The position numbers and the translations under genes are program-made. Shown piece after piece: positions 62,221 through 64,000 of a stretch of 64,000 bases of DNA. The notes under the pieces are model-generated. The model saw only the letters and a program-made list of their open reading frames with translations. It ran no database searches and was not told where the DNA came from. Position 1 is the first letter of the stretch, and each line of letters starts with the position of its first letter. This DNA comes from Bugula neritina. Its lineage: Eukaryota; Animalia; Bryozoa. The stretch covers positions 18,005,081 to 18,069,080 of the forward strand of contig OZ037766.1 in NCBI GenBank assembly GCA_964035545.1. The letters are read 5' to 3'.

Positions 62221-64000
62221 TGAAGTATAGTGAAAAATGTAAAAATGCACTGTGGCATGCTGAAATATACTGAAACACGCTGAAATATACTGGAACATAC
62301 TGAAATAAACTGTAACATACTGAGATATACTGCAAGATACTGAAATATACTACAACTCACTGAAGTATAGCGTAATTTGCAGAAATGTACTGTAACACAC
62401 TGAAATTTATTGTATCATACTGAAATATACTGCAACGTACTGAAATACACTGTAACATACTGAAACATATTGCAAAATACTGCAACATACTGAAATACAC
62501 TGTAACATACTGAAACATATTGCAAAATACTGCAACATACTGAAATACACTGTAACATACTGAAATATACTGCAACATACTAAAAGACACTAAAACTCAC
62601 TGAAGTATAGTGTAATATCTGCAAATGCACTGTAACATACTGAAATTTACTGTAACACACTGAAATATACTGTAACATACTGAAATATACTGTAACATAC
62701 TGAGATATACTGCGAGATACTGAAATATGCTGCAACTCACTGAAGTATAGTGTAACTTACGGAAATGTACTGTAACATACTGAAATTCATTGTAACATAC
62801 TGAATTATACTGCAACATACTGAAATACACTGTAACATACTGAAAGACACTAAAACTCACTGAAGTATAGTGTAATATCTGCAAATGCACTGTAACATAT
62901 TGAAATTTAGTGTAACACAGTGAAATATACTGTAACATACTGAAATATACTGTAACATACTAAGATATACTGCAAGATAATGAAATATACTACAACTCAC
63001 TGAAGTATAGTGTAATTTACAAAAATGTACTGTAACATACTGAAATTTATTGTAACATACTGAATTATACTGCAACATACTGAAATACACTGCAACATAC
63101 TGAAATACACTGTAACATATTGAAAGACACTAAAACTCACTGAAGTATAGTGTAATATCTGCAAATGCACTGTAACATATTGAAATTTACGGTAACACAG
63201 TGAAATATACTGTAACATACTGAAATATACTGTAACATACAGAGATATACTGCAAGATACTGAAATATACTACAACTCTCTGAAGTATAGTGTAATTTAC
63301 GAAAATGTACTGTAACATACTGAAATTTATTGTAACATACTGAATTATACTGCAACATACTGAAAAACACTGTAACATACTGAAAGACACTAAAACTCAC
63401 TGAAGTATAGTGTAATATCTGCAAATGCACTGTAATATATTGAAATTTACTGTAACACAGTGAAATATACTGTAACATACTGAAATATACTGTAACATAC
63501 TGAGATATACTGCAAGATACTGAAATATACTACAACTCACTGAAGTATAGTGTAATTTACGAAAATGTACTGTAACATACTGAAGTTTATTGTAACATAC
63601 TGAATTATACTGCAACATACTGGAATACACTGTAACATACTGAAACATATTGCAAAATACTGCAACATACTGAAATACGCTGTAACATACTGAAAGACGC
63701 CGTATCATACTGAAATATACTATAACCCACTGAAATATACTGCAACATACTGAAAAATACTGTAACATACTGAAATATACTGCAACATACTGAAATACAC
63801 TGTAACATACAGAAATACACTGCAACATACTGCAGCATACTGCAACATACTGCAACATGCTGAAATACACTGTAACATACTGAAATATATTGCAAAATAC
63901 TGCAACATACTGAAATACACTGTAACATACTGAAAGACACTAAAACTCACTGAAGTATAGTGTAATATCTGGAAATGCACTGTGACATACTGAAATATAC

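Larger units (their letters stand above)
11779..64000. repeat. Satellite DNA array, right part (same family and orientation, with nested higher-order duplications)
   Basis: Same monomers and landmark as 1-9216. The satellite resumes exactly where it was interrupted (…CATACTGAAA | AA TATACGGCAACG). I saw no inversion and no other unique sequence up to the right edge. Confidence 0.98.

Noticed and set aside
61-63980. Hundreds of minus-strand ORFs (MLQYISVCCSIFQYVAVYFS… repeats, up to 325 aa)
   Set aside because: They are an artefact of the 10-bp repeat. The minus strand of the monomer lacks stop codons, so all three frames give the same 10-aa periodic peptide. The ORFs overlap in every frame, end mostly at the same landmark stops and show no domain or codon-level constraint.
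380-64000. CRISPR-like appearance of the recurring AACTCACTGAAGTATAGTG landmark
   Set aside because: The intervening DNA is itself 10-bp satellite of 120-730 bp, not unique spacers, and there are no cas genes or leader.
1-64000. Telomeric repeat array
   Set aside because: The unit has no G-run typical of telomerase products, and the variants are inherited in higher-order blocks, which indicates recombinational amplification and not templated addition.

Overview
About 96% of this window is one eukaryotic-type tandem satellite array in a single orientation. It is built from a 10-bp monomer (ATACTGAAAT / ACACTGTAAC / ATACTGCAAC variants) organised into 20-bp dimers, landmark-delimited modules (a near-constant 140-bp module alternating with a variable 120-730-bp one) and nested kb-scale tandem duplications (about 1.3 to 14-19 kb). 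The array is interrupted once, at 9217-11778, by a 2562-bp non-autonomous DNA transposon. It has CACAG...CTGTG termini, a perfect 20-bp TIR, a roughly 190-bp block-conserved imperfect TIR and a 2-bp AA target-site duplication that is confirmed by many empty homologous sites in the array; these traits fit the CMC (CACTA/EnSpm-Mirage-Chapaev) group. The element encodes no recognisable transposase but carries a minus-strand tRNA-like Pol III-type cassette (A box, B box, T10) and a CpG-rich patch. The many minus-strand ORFs are artefacts of the 10-bp repeat, and I call no protein-coding gene. All alignments were done by eye and no database searches were run.
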